DNA of 64,000 nucleotides from Ascidiella aspersa (Eukaryota): NCBI GenBank assembly GCA_963924565.1, contig OZ004614.1, positions 24,056,001 to 24,120,000 of the forward strand, read 5' to 3'. Shown piece by piece: positions 37,500 to 50,168 of this stretch (position 1 is its first letter; each line of letters starts with the position of its first letter). The notes under the pieces were generated by a model. It saw only the letters and a program-made list of their open reading frames with translations, ran no database searches and was not told where the DNA came from. The position numbers and the translations under genes were made by a program.

Positions 37500-40400
37500 C
37501 TATACACCAACGAAATTGTTGAAAATATAACAGCAGTAAGTTAAAACAAAACATAAATAAATAATTTCGATATAGAAACATTAAAATTAGGTAAAACGCA
37601 TGTTTTGTTTTCATTGGTATATTACTTCACATAGGTCTGTGACTTATAAACGAATCATACAGAAAAAGGTATCGGGGATACAAATAGACTTTGCAGGCTT
37701 CATACTGACATAATGTTACACATCCTACATATTGTGCAAGACAAACACAATGTTCTATATTGGTATAGTATTCCTATAGTTGTAACGGGAGTCTCATTAC
37801 GTCGGCGGATATCAGAAGGAGGCGAACTAATTTTAAATAGGAAGGCGGAGCGAATAACATTTTAAATATTGTTGTTTTGTTTATTTCTGCAACCCGGCCG
37901 AACGTAAATATAGTTGTATTGTATAGCTATCAATCAAAAAACAACTCTATTCGTGATGAAATGCACAGTAACGTAGAAGAAGAAAATAACTAAAACTTCC
38001 TAAGCCAAAAATTCAAAGTACAGTGCACACTGAATTAGTTAAGATTGCACGAAAGATCCCCAATACTTTCCTTGATCCAGATGAAGACACTTTCATTTAC
38101 GGTCACTGCTAGAGTCACAATAGATAGGCACGGTATGATTCGACATGAACCACAGTTATTTTGGAGATACTTGACTGGGACTTAAACCATTTGAATTCAG
38201 CCATATTTACAACACGATCGGTTGGTATTTTATGGCAAATCTTTTAACAACAAAGTGACATACCTTATATATGTTAACGCATAGAACACAAAGGCAAATA
38301 TAGTGCTATATTGTTGTGATTAAGGATTGCAAAGCCTATAGGGAAATAGAGGAATAAAACGACCGTTGGTGGAGGTAGGCTTAGCAAATAATAGAATTGA
38401 ATAACTGTATCCCACCCATATCTGGCTGACTTGATGTCTGTTAAATGTGGATAAGATATGAGGTTGTCTCCTGAAATTCCTCCAGTGCCCGTCACAACAA
38501 GATTTTTGATAAAGTAAAAAAGCACGAGCTGCTGAACCATTTTTTCATTTGTTAAATCCCGGTGAACATACCTAAAGAATACCGAGTCTATGAAATCCTG
38601 TGAACCCACGCATTTAAGGAATCAACATGCAGCCTATTCTTAAACCGTGTTTAACATAAAAGAATTTGCTCGCTGCATATTGCTTTTTAGTATTTTTTAG
38701 TTGGTGCATTGCTCATTATCGGACTGATACGTGTAATTTTATGACAACGATTGGCTTGGAAATGACTTGCTCATTATTACTTGACTGGGACAAGTCAATT
38801 TCTTTTTCCGACGTATTAGGTTTAACCTGGTGTGAAGTTTTATTTAATCGGCGTTTTTATTTCAATTGAACGCGCTGTGAACATTTTGCTATTAATGGGT
38901 AAGCAATCCTCAGTTAAAAATAACTAGGCCGTTGACCGGAGATATAACAGCTGCCCTATTTTGAACTAAGCTAACTTTAACCTGATTAGATGACTTAAAC
39001 AGTTTTTCGCCGCCCCCTGGGAACTAGGGACGCTTCTTTTATTTCATTTTTTGCATGTATACGGTTATCCGAAACAAATTTAAATCTAAAAAAAGTGAAT
39101 TTATCTGATCAAATCTATAGGTAGAACTTCTAATACAATTGCAATGCAACCTACGAGATAATTTAAACAACTGTCCATATGATACCTTTTGATTTTTTTA
39201 TGTTTTTGCGAAATGTTTGTTTGTAAAATAAACCATTAAGGAAAAATTTTGTTTGAAACTCTTAATATGTTAATGTTGTGCAATTGTTATTAGCCACCTT
39301 TTGGTTTATTTGATTCGCTTTGCTTTGCTTTAATGCATTTCACTATTTGTTCGTTTCTTGCCGTTTCACCTTTACGTTTTCGCTTGTAATCAGTCATTGT
39401 TTTCCACTTTTGTTTTGGCCCTGGAGGAACATTTCTTCGTTTGCAATGCAAAGCGTTTTATAGCACGAGGGCAGTCTTGTGTTAGTTGTGGTGTGGGATG
39501 GACACTAAAAACGTAGCCTGGTTAACTGTTTGGTTGATTTGGTGGCTAAAAGATCGCTTTATGTCGCTTTCAAATTAATGTGATTTGGTTCAAAAATCAA
39601 GATGAAAAAATGTTGCCTTGAACTTTGCATTAGTTGCAGTAACCATAATTCAGGTTATTAATTTACTTATTAGACTTTTAGCGAAAGTATGAACTGATTT
39701 CTTTTGAAGGTAAAATGTATTTAAAAGCCAGAGTTTACAGCTGTCACTATCGGATGATTTCAGTATTGTGGTATTAGCAAAACTAGCTTTTAGTTCTACT
39801 TTTATGGATTGTTCTGCGTACGAGGCGCGAACATTTATGTGTAACACGGAAAAATTTGTGGCATATAATAACTTTTTCGCCCCTTTGAAATGTTTGTTAA
39901 TGAAGAAAAAAAGAAAGAAATAGCCCAGCGTTGGCGCGGCCTTTGTCCAATAATAAAGTTTTCTAACTTAGTTTCATGCGTACACGGGGTCAGCGAAAGG
40001 CAGTTAAGCGGAACAAAATATGGCTTAAAATTCAGAAATGAAGTGACGGATTGACGAAACGCCATATGCTGCAATATGATTACTTCCGCCATACCAAGAG
40101 TTGTAAATTAAAGCGCAGTTGTTTTTTAACCCACTTAGCTGATGCCAATAGCAGTTGCAAAGGTCTTGGGTCCGATGCACAAGATTAACACAGGGCGAAA
40201 AAAATGTGCTAATCGCTTAAAATACTTAGGCTGGTTATATTAAAAACACCTTGTTTAATGAAGTTTCATTTTGACCACTTACATTGCAAAAAAGCCCGAA
40301 TATTTAGGAAAAAGTTTGTTTTTGTTTTTGAGGTTTTCTGCTAAAATCGCAATTTCCATTCGAAATCACAGCGCTTAATTCCTTAATTGTTACTATTTAC

Positions 40401-41495
40401 ATCCGGTTAATGTACAAGGTTATGCATTTTAATCTGATGTGCATTCATAGTTTAGTATTTATTTGAATCATGAATATTATGAAGTAAATAACTTAAGCAC
40501 CAAGATTAAATATTGGATTTAAGTTCATAATAAATTGCAAATATTCAGATTTTAGAAAGTGCAGTCTAATACGAAAATTGATTTCTTATAATTTAACATT
40601 TTGCTTGTTTCAAGATTTTAATACAAATTACTAAGGCTTAGTAAAATATTCAGCTATTCGATAATAATTGTTATAAATAAACATTTCTCTAAAAGCATCA
40701 AGCAGATAAATATTTATATTTTGTCAAAAGCATCCCAATATCTGTAAAAAAACTGAAATAGGAAAATACGTAGAATTACAATGTTTACAAATTTTGATTT
40801 ACACGCTTACATTAAAATTGCGTTTAGCAAAATGTCTATAAATTGAAAAAAAAAATTTACTGCTGGAAATCTAATTTTATATGTTAATCCCCCTAAGATG
40901 CCAGGATATTTTATTTGTTGTTGTTTTTAACACAGTGTACTTTATTAATAGTTTAATGTTCCGCATGTTATTTTGAATTGACGTTCTTGCTAACGAAGTT
41001 GTTCCTATACAGGCATAAACAAACAAACGCAAATTCTTCCAAGTATGATCTTTTATTTCTTTCCATCCCGGCGAAAGACAAGCCTGAAAATCAAGGTTTG
41101 TAACCAAATGTCTTCAATTTTATAGTTATACAACTCTACATAATAGCCGATCTAGGATTTTTTAATGGGAATAGGAATTTTAGTTAAAAACAAAGTCCAA
41201 AATAAATTACGTTTAATGTTTTTTTGGCTAAATCGAGTTTTTAAAAATTAAGACATTTTTTGAAATGTCATTGAAGCACTAGCCTCAATTGCGTAAGGTA
41301 ACGTTTAAAAATTGTCTGATCCTGGTTTTACTTGGGTTTCAAACTTTGAGTTCCATTGCTGATTAGTTAACTTGGTTGTGCAAGTTGTGAAAAAAAATTG
41401 TTTACGTATATCTTTAGTTAAAGGTGGAAAAAAGTTCAAATTTAAGTTTCATCACAGTCCCCATAATAAATATTTTAATATTGTTGTTACCGTTT

Positions 41496-42101
41496 TCAAG
41501 CCTCTCTATTCAACACATGTTCATAAGGATCGACGTCTTCCAAATCTAAAAAAGTTAATATAGCACTGCGTGGTTAAGTTGACTAGAATTTATAACGAAA
41601 AGGTGTGCGATATTAGCATTTAAACATTAAATTAAAAGTGTTGCCAATCCAATATACTTTACTAAAAATATATAAACAATTATTATAGACAACCTATTTC
41701 AGAATAGAAAGTTTCATGCGATACCTTCCACATTGTGGCTTTCATCCCTGCAAAAAAAAGTTTATTAGAATATAAAAGTAAGAAATTAAGTGAAAAACGA
41801 TTGCGTACTTGATTGTTACTATTACAAATGTCCGATAATTGACTATTTGCGATACTGACACCCGATATTTTGGCAAGCGGATCGCGATTTAATACCAAAA
41901 TTGACGTTATTGCTTTAATAAGCAAATTGTTTTCAAAAAGGAATAAAAGTTGCTGATGTAAGTTGGTTATTTAACTTACCAGCAATAGCCACCAATGCAT
42001 CCCCTCCTTCTTCGATTACGCCGTCTTCTTTTAACCGCGTCTATTCCCGGCAGCAGCAGACAAGTCATGAAAAGCACGACCGAAAGCAGCCTAGAGTTCA
42101 T
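41496..42101 (-). CDS. Peptide precursor 'a-prime' (unit 2 copy of a), 64 aa
   Basis: Exons 42101-41980, 41747-41725, 41545-41496. Translation MNSRLLSVVLFMTCLLLPGIDA-VKRRRRNRRRRGCIGGYCW-DESHNVEDLEDVDPYEHVLNREA*; the three aa changes vs a are all in the signal peptide. Confidence 0.82.
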
Positions 42102-42532
42102 TGTGAGTTGTAGTGAATTAACACAAACTGAAAAGCAAGGACTTAAGTGTGAGAAATCAACGATACAGTTGTTACGGATGAGTCGATTGCGGCGAAATTC
42201 TCTGCACGAATTCAGTCAACATTTTCTGGGTGCGTACCACTCAGTGGATTTCTTCCGTCGCTGTTACCACAAAACAACATTTTAACAGCGAATTCACTAA
42301 TGTACTGTCTGGGTTTAAGCATTAGCTCGATAACACACACTTAAGAAGTTGTTTAGCATGCCGTGTGACAAGAATGTGCCTCATACACCCAAGTCACAAT
42401 CTTTATTAGTGATTTATTTTCCTTCTAGGCCTAACCAAACGTGTTATGACGCATAATATCTCCAGAATCACATCCGCATTTCCCTCCCTTTCTACACTTT
42501 ATCCAGCACATACGCTTGGTTATTGCACTTAC

Positions 42533-42663
42533 CCGCATCACGTTCCAGTGCACCATCTCCTTCTTCTAGCTCCGAAAAACCTCTGTCGTCTTTTACCCGC
42601 TTCTGTCGCCGACAGCAGCAGACAAGTCATCAAAAGCACGACCAAAAGAAGCCTAGAGTTCAT
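42533..42663 (-). pseudogene. Peptide precursor 'b-prime' first coding exon with nonsense codon
   Basis: MNSRLLLVVLLMTCLLLSATEA-GKRRQRFFGARRRRWCTGT*C: TGA at 42540-42538 where b has TGG, so the second Cys is lost. Confidence 0.75.
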
Positions 42664-43117
42664 TGTGAGTTGCAGTGAATTAACACAAACTGAAAAGCAA
42701 GGACTTAAGTGTCAGAAATCAACGATACAGTCGTTACGGATAAGTCGATTGCGGCGAAATCCTCTGCACGAATTAAGTTTCTTGCCTGCTACACACGAAG
42801 CAAAAAAAACATATTAGGGACCGCGGTAAAATAGTTTAAGAACTCCTGACAAAATCAGATATCAACGATGCCATCGTTACGGAATGAATCTATTGTGGCG
42901 AAACCTATTCACGAATTTTACATTTAAAACAAACCTAGGAACTCAAAGTTTACTCAGGTTTTACTACAAAAATGAATAAACAGTAGCAATATTGAAACTT
43001 GTGTTAATTATTATCCTAAACGGCGCATATAACCTTAAAGCTGCTCGTGTGCCATAAATATAACGTAAATAACGGTTTGAAAACCAATTCACTAATGTAC
43101 TGTCTATAGATCTAAGC

Positions 43118-43536
43118 CAGGGGTGCCCAACCTGTAATACGCGTACCACTAGTGGTGTGTGAGTAGCTTACGTTTTTTCACAAAAACTTGGATTTCCAAT
43201 TCATATTTTGTATATGGTTTTGTTTACAAAAAAATCTAAAGCCAATTCAATGTTACGTAACTATCCCTAATGTTTCCTACCATTACGATCTTCAAAATAC
43301 AGGTGATGTGAATTGTCAACAAGGAGCATAGCAGTTGCTTTGAAAAGCCGTACAATGCTATGGACAGTGGGCGTAGCATCTACTGTTTTATAGCTGCTCT
43401 ACAAATAGCGTTGAACAATGCTAGATGCAAGCTAAAAATATGATTCGATCAAATTATTTGTTCTGCAAGAAGTGGTTCGCGTGACACTACAGAGCGTCCA
43501 TGTGGTATGAGATCGTAAAAAGGTTGGGAACCCCTG
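43118..43536. mobile_element. hAT-type MITE, uninterrupted copy in unit 2
   Basis: Same TIRs and TSD as 9082-13195; contains the empty TA site. Confidence 0.85.
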
Positions 43537-45713
43537 GTCTAAGCATTAGCTCAATAACACACACACATACAAGAAGTTGCTCAGCTTAGCGTATGGCAAG
43601 GATACTTCCATAAATGCAAGTCACAATCTTTAGTAGAGATTTCTTTCCGTTTTGGTCCTGACTGAACGAGTAAAGCTGTTGATAATCACCCGAATTACTT
43701 CCGCATTTTCTTCCCTTCTCACAGCTTTAAACAACACATATGCTTGTATATAGCGTTGTCCCTATAGTGTTGTCTTGTATTTAGCGTTGTCCCTGGTAGC
43801 AAATGTTGACTATCGACATATTTTAATTTTCTATCGGTGTTGGATTTTCTCATTTCATCAATCCGTTTAATAGCTGACATCAGTGTTGTAAACTAGTCAT
43901 TTGAAATGACTAATTCGCACAAAAGTAATTTGTAAAATAACACACGTCCAGCTAACGCCATTCTTATTAAATAACAAGTCTAGTGCCAGTCCAAATCATC
44001 AGTTGTTTCGAAATCAAATCAATCCCAGTCAAGTAATATTTAGAGCAAGTCAAGTCAATTAATTTTGCCCCCAAATCTAAGTCAGGCCAAATAATTTGAA
44101 TACAGTCACTCAAGTACAAATGTAATCGACTTGACACAAAATAAAGTACAAAAATTATCGCAAGTTAGTAAAATACTGCCTGACAATCATTTGACATGTC
44201 TTAATACCCACTTCGAACACCCCCTCGTTGAGCTCTTCCATTGGAGAGACACAATTTAATCGTTTTATAAACCTCTTGAAGAAAACTTTTTGTATTTTAC
44301 AGCTTTCGATGTTTCCGTTAATACTATGTCCATACATTGTTGATTGCAATATTCTAGTGCCCACAGATGGTGATTATTTTTTTTACTTTCTCAATCAAAC
44401 TTTGAAGATCAGAAAGAGTTAATTTCCTTTCCAAAAAAGCGACATAATCCAAAATGAAAATGAGCAATATACAGTGACACCACAATCCATTTTTAATTGG
44501 TAATGTAGTAGAAGATAAGTTGGATGTGTTCAGGAACTGCTTCATACCAGGGTTTATCTGGCACGAATTCGGCAGATCGACAGTTTGTACATGTGTCAAA
44601 AATTACGAAGAGGCCTCTGATCAAGTCAAAATCGATTTAATATTTTCAACAATATGTCATTAAAGCAATTGGAATTTCGATTAAAATTTATGCTATATTA
44701 TTTGGAAGCACCTAAACTGGCTTATGCTGCAGTTTGAAGGTTATTTGCAGTACTTAGTAAATATTCCACTGACATTTTAGCAACTGGTTTAGCAACCAGT
44801 TGAAACCACATACAGGCGTACTGATTAGCGTAGAATTTTAGGAAGTGAAAAACTTTAAGCCGCGTTAGCCCAGGTCGTTTCCCGATTATAATGCAAATAA
44901 TTAGGACTTAGTACAACAATACAGCTATTCGATAAATGTTATAAATAAATATTTCTCTAATAGCATCAACAAGACAGAAAACTTTAAAACGGAAATTACA
45001 AGAGATAAAAATTTATGTTTTATAAAAGCAATCATAACATTGCAGCATTACACCGGAATTTAACATTTAACTTAATCTATTAATTTCCCTAAAGTTGTAG
45101 GATATTTTGTTTGTTTCATTTTTAACGCAGTATACTTTTATTTATAGGTTTATGTTCGGCATGTTGTTTTGAATTAACAATCGTGTTAACGCAACTTGTT
45201 CCTATTCAATCCGAAAGAAACAGACACAAATTATTTCCAAGTATGATCTTTTATTTACTTTCCATCCCGTCGAAAGACAAGCCTAAAAATGAAGGTTTGT
45301 AATTAAATGTTTTCAATTATACAGTTATACAACACTTCATAATAGCCCATATAGGATTATTAAATGGGAATAAGGATTTCAGTTATTACCTTATTCAAAC
45401 TAAATTCAACTTTCTACCATTATACTAGGCCTTAGTTCGGCCAATACTTGAATATGCTACCCAAGCATGGAGACCATACAAGCAATATTAAATTAATTCA
45501 ACATAAAAAGTCCAACGTTTAGCAACACGCATGATAATAAACCTTTACAACACTAACAGTTTCATTGTTGATGAGTTAACTTGGTTAAGCGAATTGTATA
45601 AAAAACACTGTTTTTTTGATTATTTAGCTTTAGTTACAGGTGAGAAAAAGTTCAAATTTAAGTTTTGTTACTGTCAGAATAAACGAAATAATTTTATTTT
45701 GTTGTTACCGCTT

Positions 45714-46416
45714 TCAAGCATCTGGATTCAATACAACTTCATCTGCATCGAAGTCTTCCAAAGCTAAAAACAATAATAACGCATTTCGTGGTTAGTTTGA
45801 TTAGAACTTTTATCCAAAAGGAATGGCTGATGGTATTAGCATTATAAACATTAAATTAAAATAACCAAACTAGGTACTCTGGTGCACATATAAATTATTT
45901 TAATTAATCACTCTTTAAAAAAACGCAAAACTCATGTGATACCTTCGAGATTTTGACTTTGATCCCTGAAAAAAAAAATAGTATTATTACAATTTGATAG
46001 TAACAAATTAATTATAATAACGATTGTGTATTTTATTACTACAACTAGAATTGTCAGATACATTTTATTACGTTACAGAAACCAAATAATTTGGACAAAA
46101 AGTATTGCGATTAGGATATATATATAATCACGTCATTTCTATGCTTAAACAAGCAAATTCGATGAAATGTTTTCTTTTTTGAAATTTGCTTTAGTGTTCA
46201 AAGTTTAAATGCCAACTTTGATTGGTACAATTATTTACAACTAGAATACCCTTGGCTGCTAGTATAACTTGGTTATTGCACTTACCCGCAATATATTCCA
46301 ATGCACAAACTCCTTCTTCTACCTCCGAAAATCCTCCACCGTCTTCTACCCGCCTCTGTCGCCGACAGCAGCAGACAAGTCATCAAAAGCACGACCAAAA
46401 GCAGCCTAGAGTTCAT
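45714..46416 (-). CDS. Peptide precursor 'c', 67 aa (present only in unit 2)
   Basis: Exons 46416-46286, 45965-45943, 45763-45714(TGA); 3'UTR exon from 45282 with AATAAA at 45142-45137. Translation MNSRLLLVVLLMTCLLLSATEA-GRRRWRIFGGRRRSLCIGIYCG-DQSQNLEALEDFDADEVVLNPDA*. Confidence 0.85.
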
Positions 46417-49400
46417 TGTGAGTTGCACTGAATTAACACAAACTGAAAACTAAGATAACTTCGTTAACAGTGTGCGGATAAGACGATTGCGGCGAAATCC
46501 TTTGCACGAATTCAGTCAACATTTTCTGGCTCAGTGCATTTCTACTGTCGCTGCTTACCACGGGCTTTCCAAATAAACCATTTAATTCAAACTTTACTTC
46601 GGTTTATGACTAAATTATTGAACAAAATAATATCGTTGGAAGCGCAAGGCGCAGATTTCCGATTACAGTTGGTAAAATGCGCTTAAGAGAGAATATAACT
46701 TTCCACACCGCAATATATTTGCAGTGATTTCCTAAACGACGCATAGAATCTGAAGGCTGCTCGCGTTCTTTGCGTATAACCTGAACAACAGTTTAGAACC
46801 AATTCACTAATGTACTGTCTATAGCTCTAAGCATTAGCTCGGTGACGCACACTTAAGAAGTTGCTTAGCGTGCCCTGTGGTAAGAATGTTCCCATAAACG
46901 CTAATCACAATCTTTATTAGAGATTTCTTTCCGTTCCAGGCCTGACCAAACGTGTTATGCCGCGTAATCATCACCAGAATTACATCCGTATTTCCTTCCT
47001 TTTTCACAGCTTTATCCATCACATACGCTTGCAATGTTGTCTCTTAGAGCAAAACTTATCAATCTACATAAGTTTTAAGTTTTTGCTAAGTTTTTGCTCA
47101 GGGTGTAGGCTATTCTCTCATCATTCCGTTTCATAGGTTTCAACCCGTGTCATAGCACCGAATTTTCATTCATTCCTGTAAAAAAAACATTCTAATTTCA
47201 CCACTTGGTAGATGACACCGAATGCTGGTAATACAATCGATGTAATACAACGCTGGTTTCAGCGATCCATACATCTCACTTTACAATGCATTATAAAAAA
47301 GACTAATATAAGGAAAAAACTTGCGGATATAAATAACGCTTCGTGATTACATAATTTTAGCGTTTGAGGGCGCATACAAGTGTGAAGACTAGTCTCAAAT
47401 GGGATTGCTCGGTGTCTCTTCTCATGTCATATCCCGATAGCTTCCTACGTCTCTTACACGTTCCTTCTGGCTACAATGATGCGGGCCACTAAACCACTCT
47501 TTCTTATACGATGGTTGAATACGGGATAAGTATATTCACCATTAAATTGTAGCGCACAATACAGAATAAACAGTTATTCAATCGACTCACGAAGAAAACA
47601 TTGGGCAGGGTTTTTGAATATTGTGGCGTGTTGTACAATCGCTATTGGTAATACATTCGAATAATGCATGCCCGATTAGAGATTACATTTAGAAGGATGA
47701 GTAATAATTCCTGATTAGAAGTATTTTGTTCGATGTCTGGTATTAAAAATGGGACACTACTCGAAATGTCACGCCAAAACTTACAATAAAAATGCCTAGC
47801 GAACAAACAAATATAATTCATATTCAAGTCAAATTAGCAAAGTTATGTGATTGTTTTTCTTTATATTTTTGACAGCCGGCTTGTGGTCTTCGCTCTAAGC
47901 GAAAATACAGGAAGCAATACTGTAGATTGTCGAATTCGGTGCTTACCCTAGTCAGCGGTCTAAACATTAGCTCGATAACACACACATAAGAAGTTGCTTA
48001 GCGTGCCGTATGGCAAAGATGTTTCCATAAACGCAAGTCACAATCTTTAATAGAGATTTCGTTTTCTTCTAGGCCTGAATAAACGTGTTATGACGCTTAA
48101 TAATCACCGAATCACATCCGTATTCCTTCCTTTTTCACAGCTTTATCCAGCACATACGCTTGTAGTGTTGTCCACAAGAGAAAATGCTGACAATCCACAT
48201 AAGTTTGGAGTGTAGAGCTTTTCTCTCATCAATCCGTTTTATAGCAAACATCAGTATTGTAAACAAGTCAATCTATCAGTTACTTGTATACAAATACAAT
48301 TACAATTTTTTGTAGAGCAAATCTTATCAATCTACATAAGTTTTTGCTAAGGGTGTAGGCTATTCTCTCATCAACCCGTTTCATAGCTAACATCAGTATT
48401 GCAAACAAGTCCTTTGAAATGACTTAAATCCCACTCAAGTCATTTGTACAACAACTAAGTCCAAGTAAAGTCATTTTTATTGAATAACAAGTCAAGTACC
48501 AGTCTAAATCATTAGTTGCCCAAGTCAAGTCCCAGTCAAATAATAATTGTAGCAATTCAAGTCAAGAAATATTGCCTCAAAACTCAGTCGAGCCAAATAG
48601 TTACAAACCAGTTAGTAAATATTACAAACCCATGACTTTCACAAATTAAGTTCCAAAATAATCAACTCACACAACGTGAAGTACAGAAATCATTGAAAGT
48701 CAGTACAATAGCTGACGATAACTGTTCCTAAGCGGTGCGGGGATATTAAATCAGACACAGAAAATGTACTAGTGCAATCTATTTCTTTGCTCAGTTAAAT
48801 GTGAAACTAACTCACATTTTGGAATTGTATTACTGTGTTATCAGTTACTTGTATAAAAATATGTATAATGTGTTGTTTACTCAAGAAATTCTAGAAGGGA
48901 TGCGAGAATTGTTTGGTGATTTGAATATCGCGTTTGTTGTGGTTGAACAGTAATCAATTTATATTTTTAACAGGTTACGGGTTTGTCTGACGTCGGACTC
49001 AGCTTAATTTGGCGTTTAGTGCAAAGGTTTAGCAATTTTAACTTTTTTTCACTACATTTTGTCTAAACATCCGGAATCCTACACGGACATCGTTCAACAA
49101 ACAACAATATATTTACAGTGATGGAGGCGAACGGCTAATAGCTTCTTGCAATGTGTTTAACCACGAAATACTTGGCAGAGTTCGCAAAATATTGCTTTCA
49201 TTGCATCAGTTTAACAGTACGCATTTTTGTTTTTTTCAATGAGGATTTTTCTCACGTTTGACGCAGTTTAGCACCGGGATTACGTATTTGCTTAAATATG
49301 ACGCTATCAAGCAAGTCTAAACATTTGCTGCTACAACCTAAAGTTTTACGTCCGTGAGTTATTCTCAGTTGAAAAATGTTACGGGGTTTTCGTTACTAGA

Positions 49401-50090
49401 TGAGTGACATTCTTACACAAGTGATGTGTGATATAGTCAATTATTTAGTCATACCATCGCAAAAACATCACGCAATATTGTTCATTTCCAAACATTTATA
49501 GGGCAATAACCTGCGTGACCGTAAAAACTCCAGTACATTTGCCTTGGTAAAAATAAAATTTCATGTGGCAAAATTTCTACTTTTATGTTTAATAGCTTTG
49601 TGCAGTTTGTTTAACCACGTAAATGGAGCCTACGTTCGCAAAATATAGCGTTTATTGCAGTGTTTTCCTTAACATTCTTTCATGAGGCATTAGGGCACTT
49701 ACACAGAATACGTACAGCAACCCTAACCGAGTATAAACTACACAACATTTGGACTAAGTTTGCTAAATATCACGTTTATTGCAGTGGTTTGAACACCAAG
49801 CAAATTTGCATTTTAAACAAGATTTTTTTTTCGTTGGATGCAGAATGGTACCTACCGGGATTACGTATTTGCTTAAATTTCGCGCAATTTGAACAATTGG
49901 TGCTACGGCTTTTTTACGTTTGTTAGTCATTTTTGATCGACATATGTCACCGGTTTTCGGTCAATAAATATGCGAGACGTGTTTGGCCAAGGTTGTGTGT
50001 TTAGCAGCTCCATTTTAAAAAAACAAACAACGTTGCAATTTGGTTTGATGTTAAATATATTTTTTAATTATCGGTTATAACATGCGGCTT

Positions 50091-50168
50091 CAGGAAGAAG
50101 GTTATACAATGCTGGTAACAGGAAGAAGGTTATACAATGCTGGTAACAGGAAGAAGGTTATACAATGC
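50091..50168 (+). repeat. 28-bp tandem repeat x~2.8 (CAGGAAGAAGGTTATACAATGCTGGTAA)
   Basis: Direct reading; single copy at 16406-16433 in unit 1. Confidence 0.9.

Noticed and set aside
40877-41107. ACLSPGWK... resembling a CTLD N-terminus
   Set aside because: Frame not conserved in the copies at 7046 and 45282; it is the 3'UTR exon of the peptide genes.
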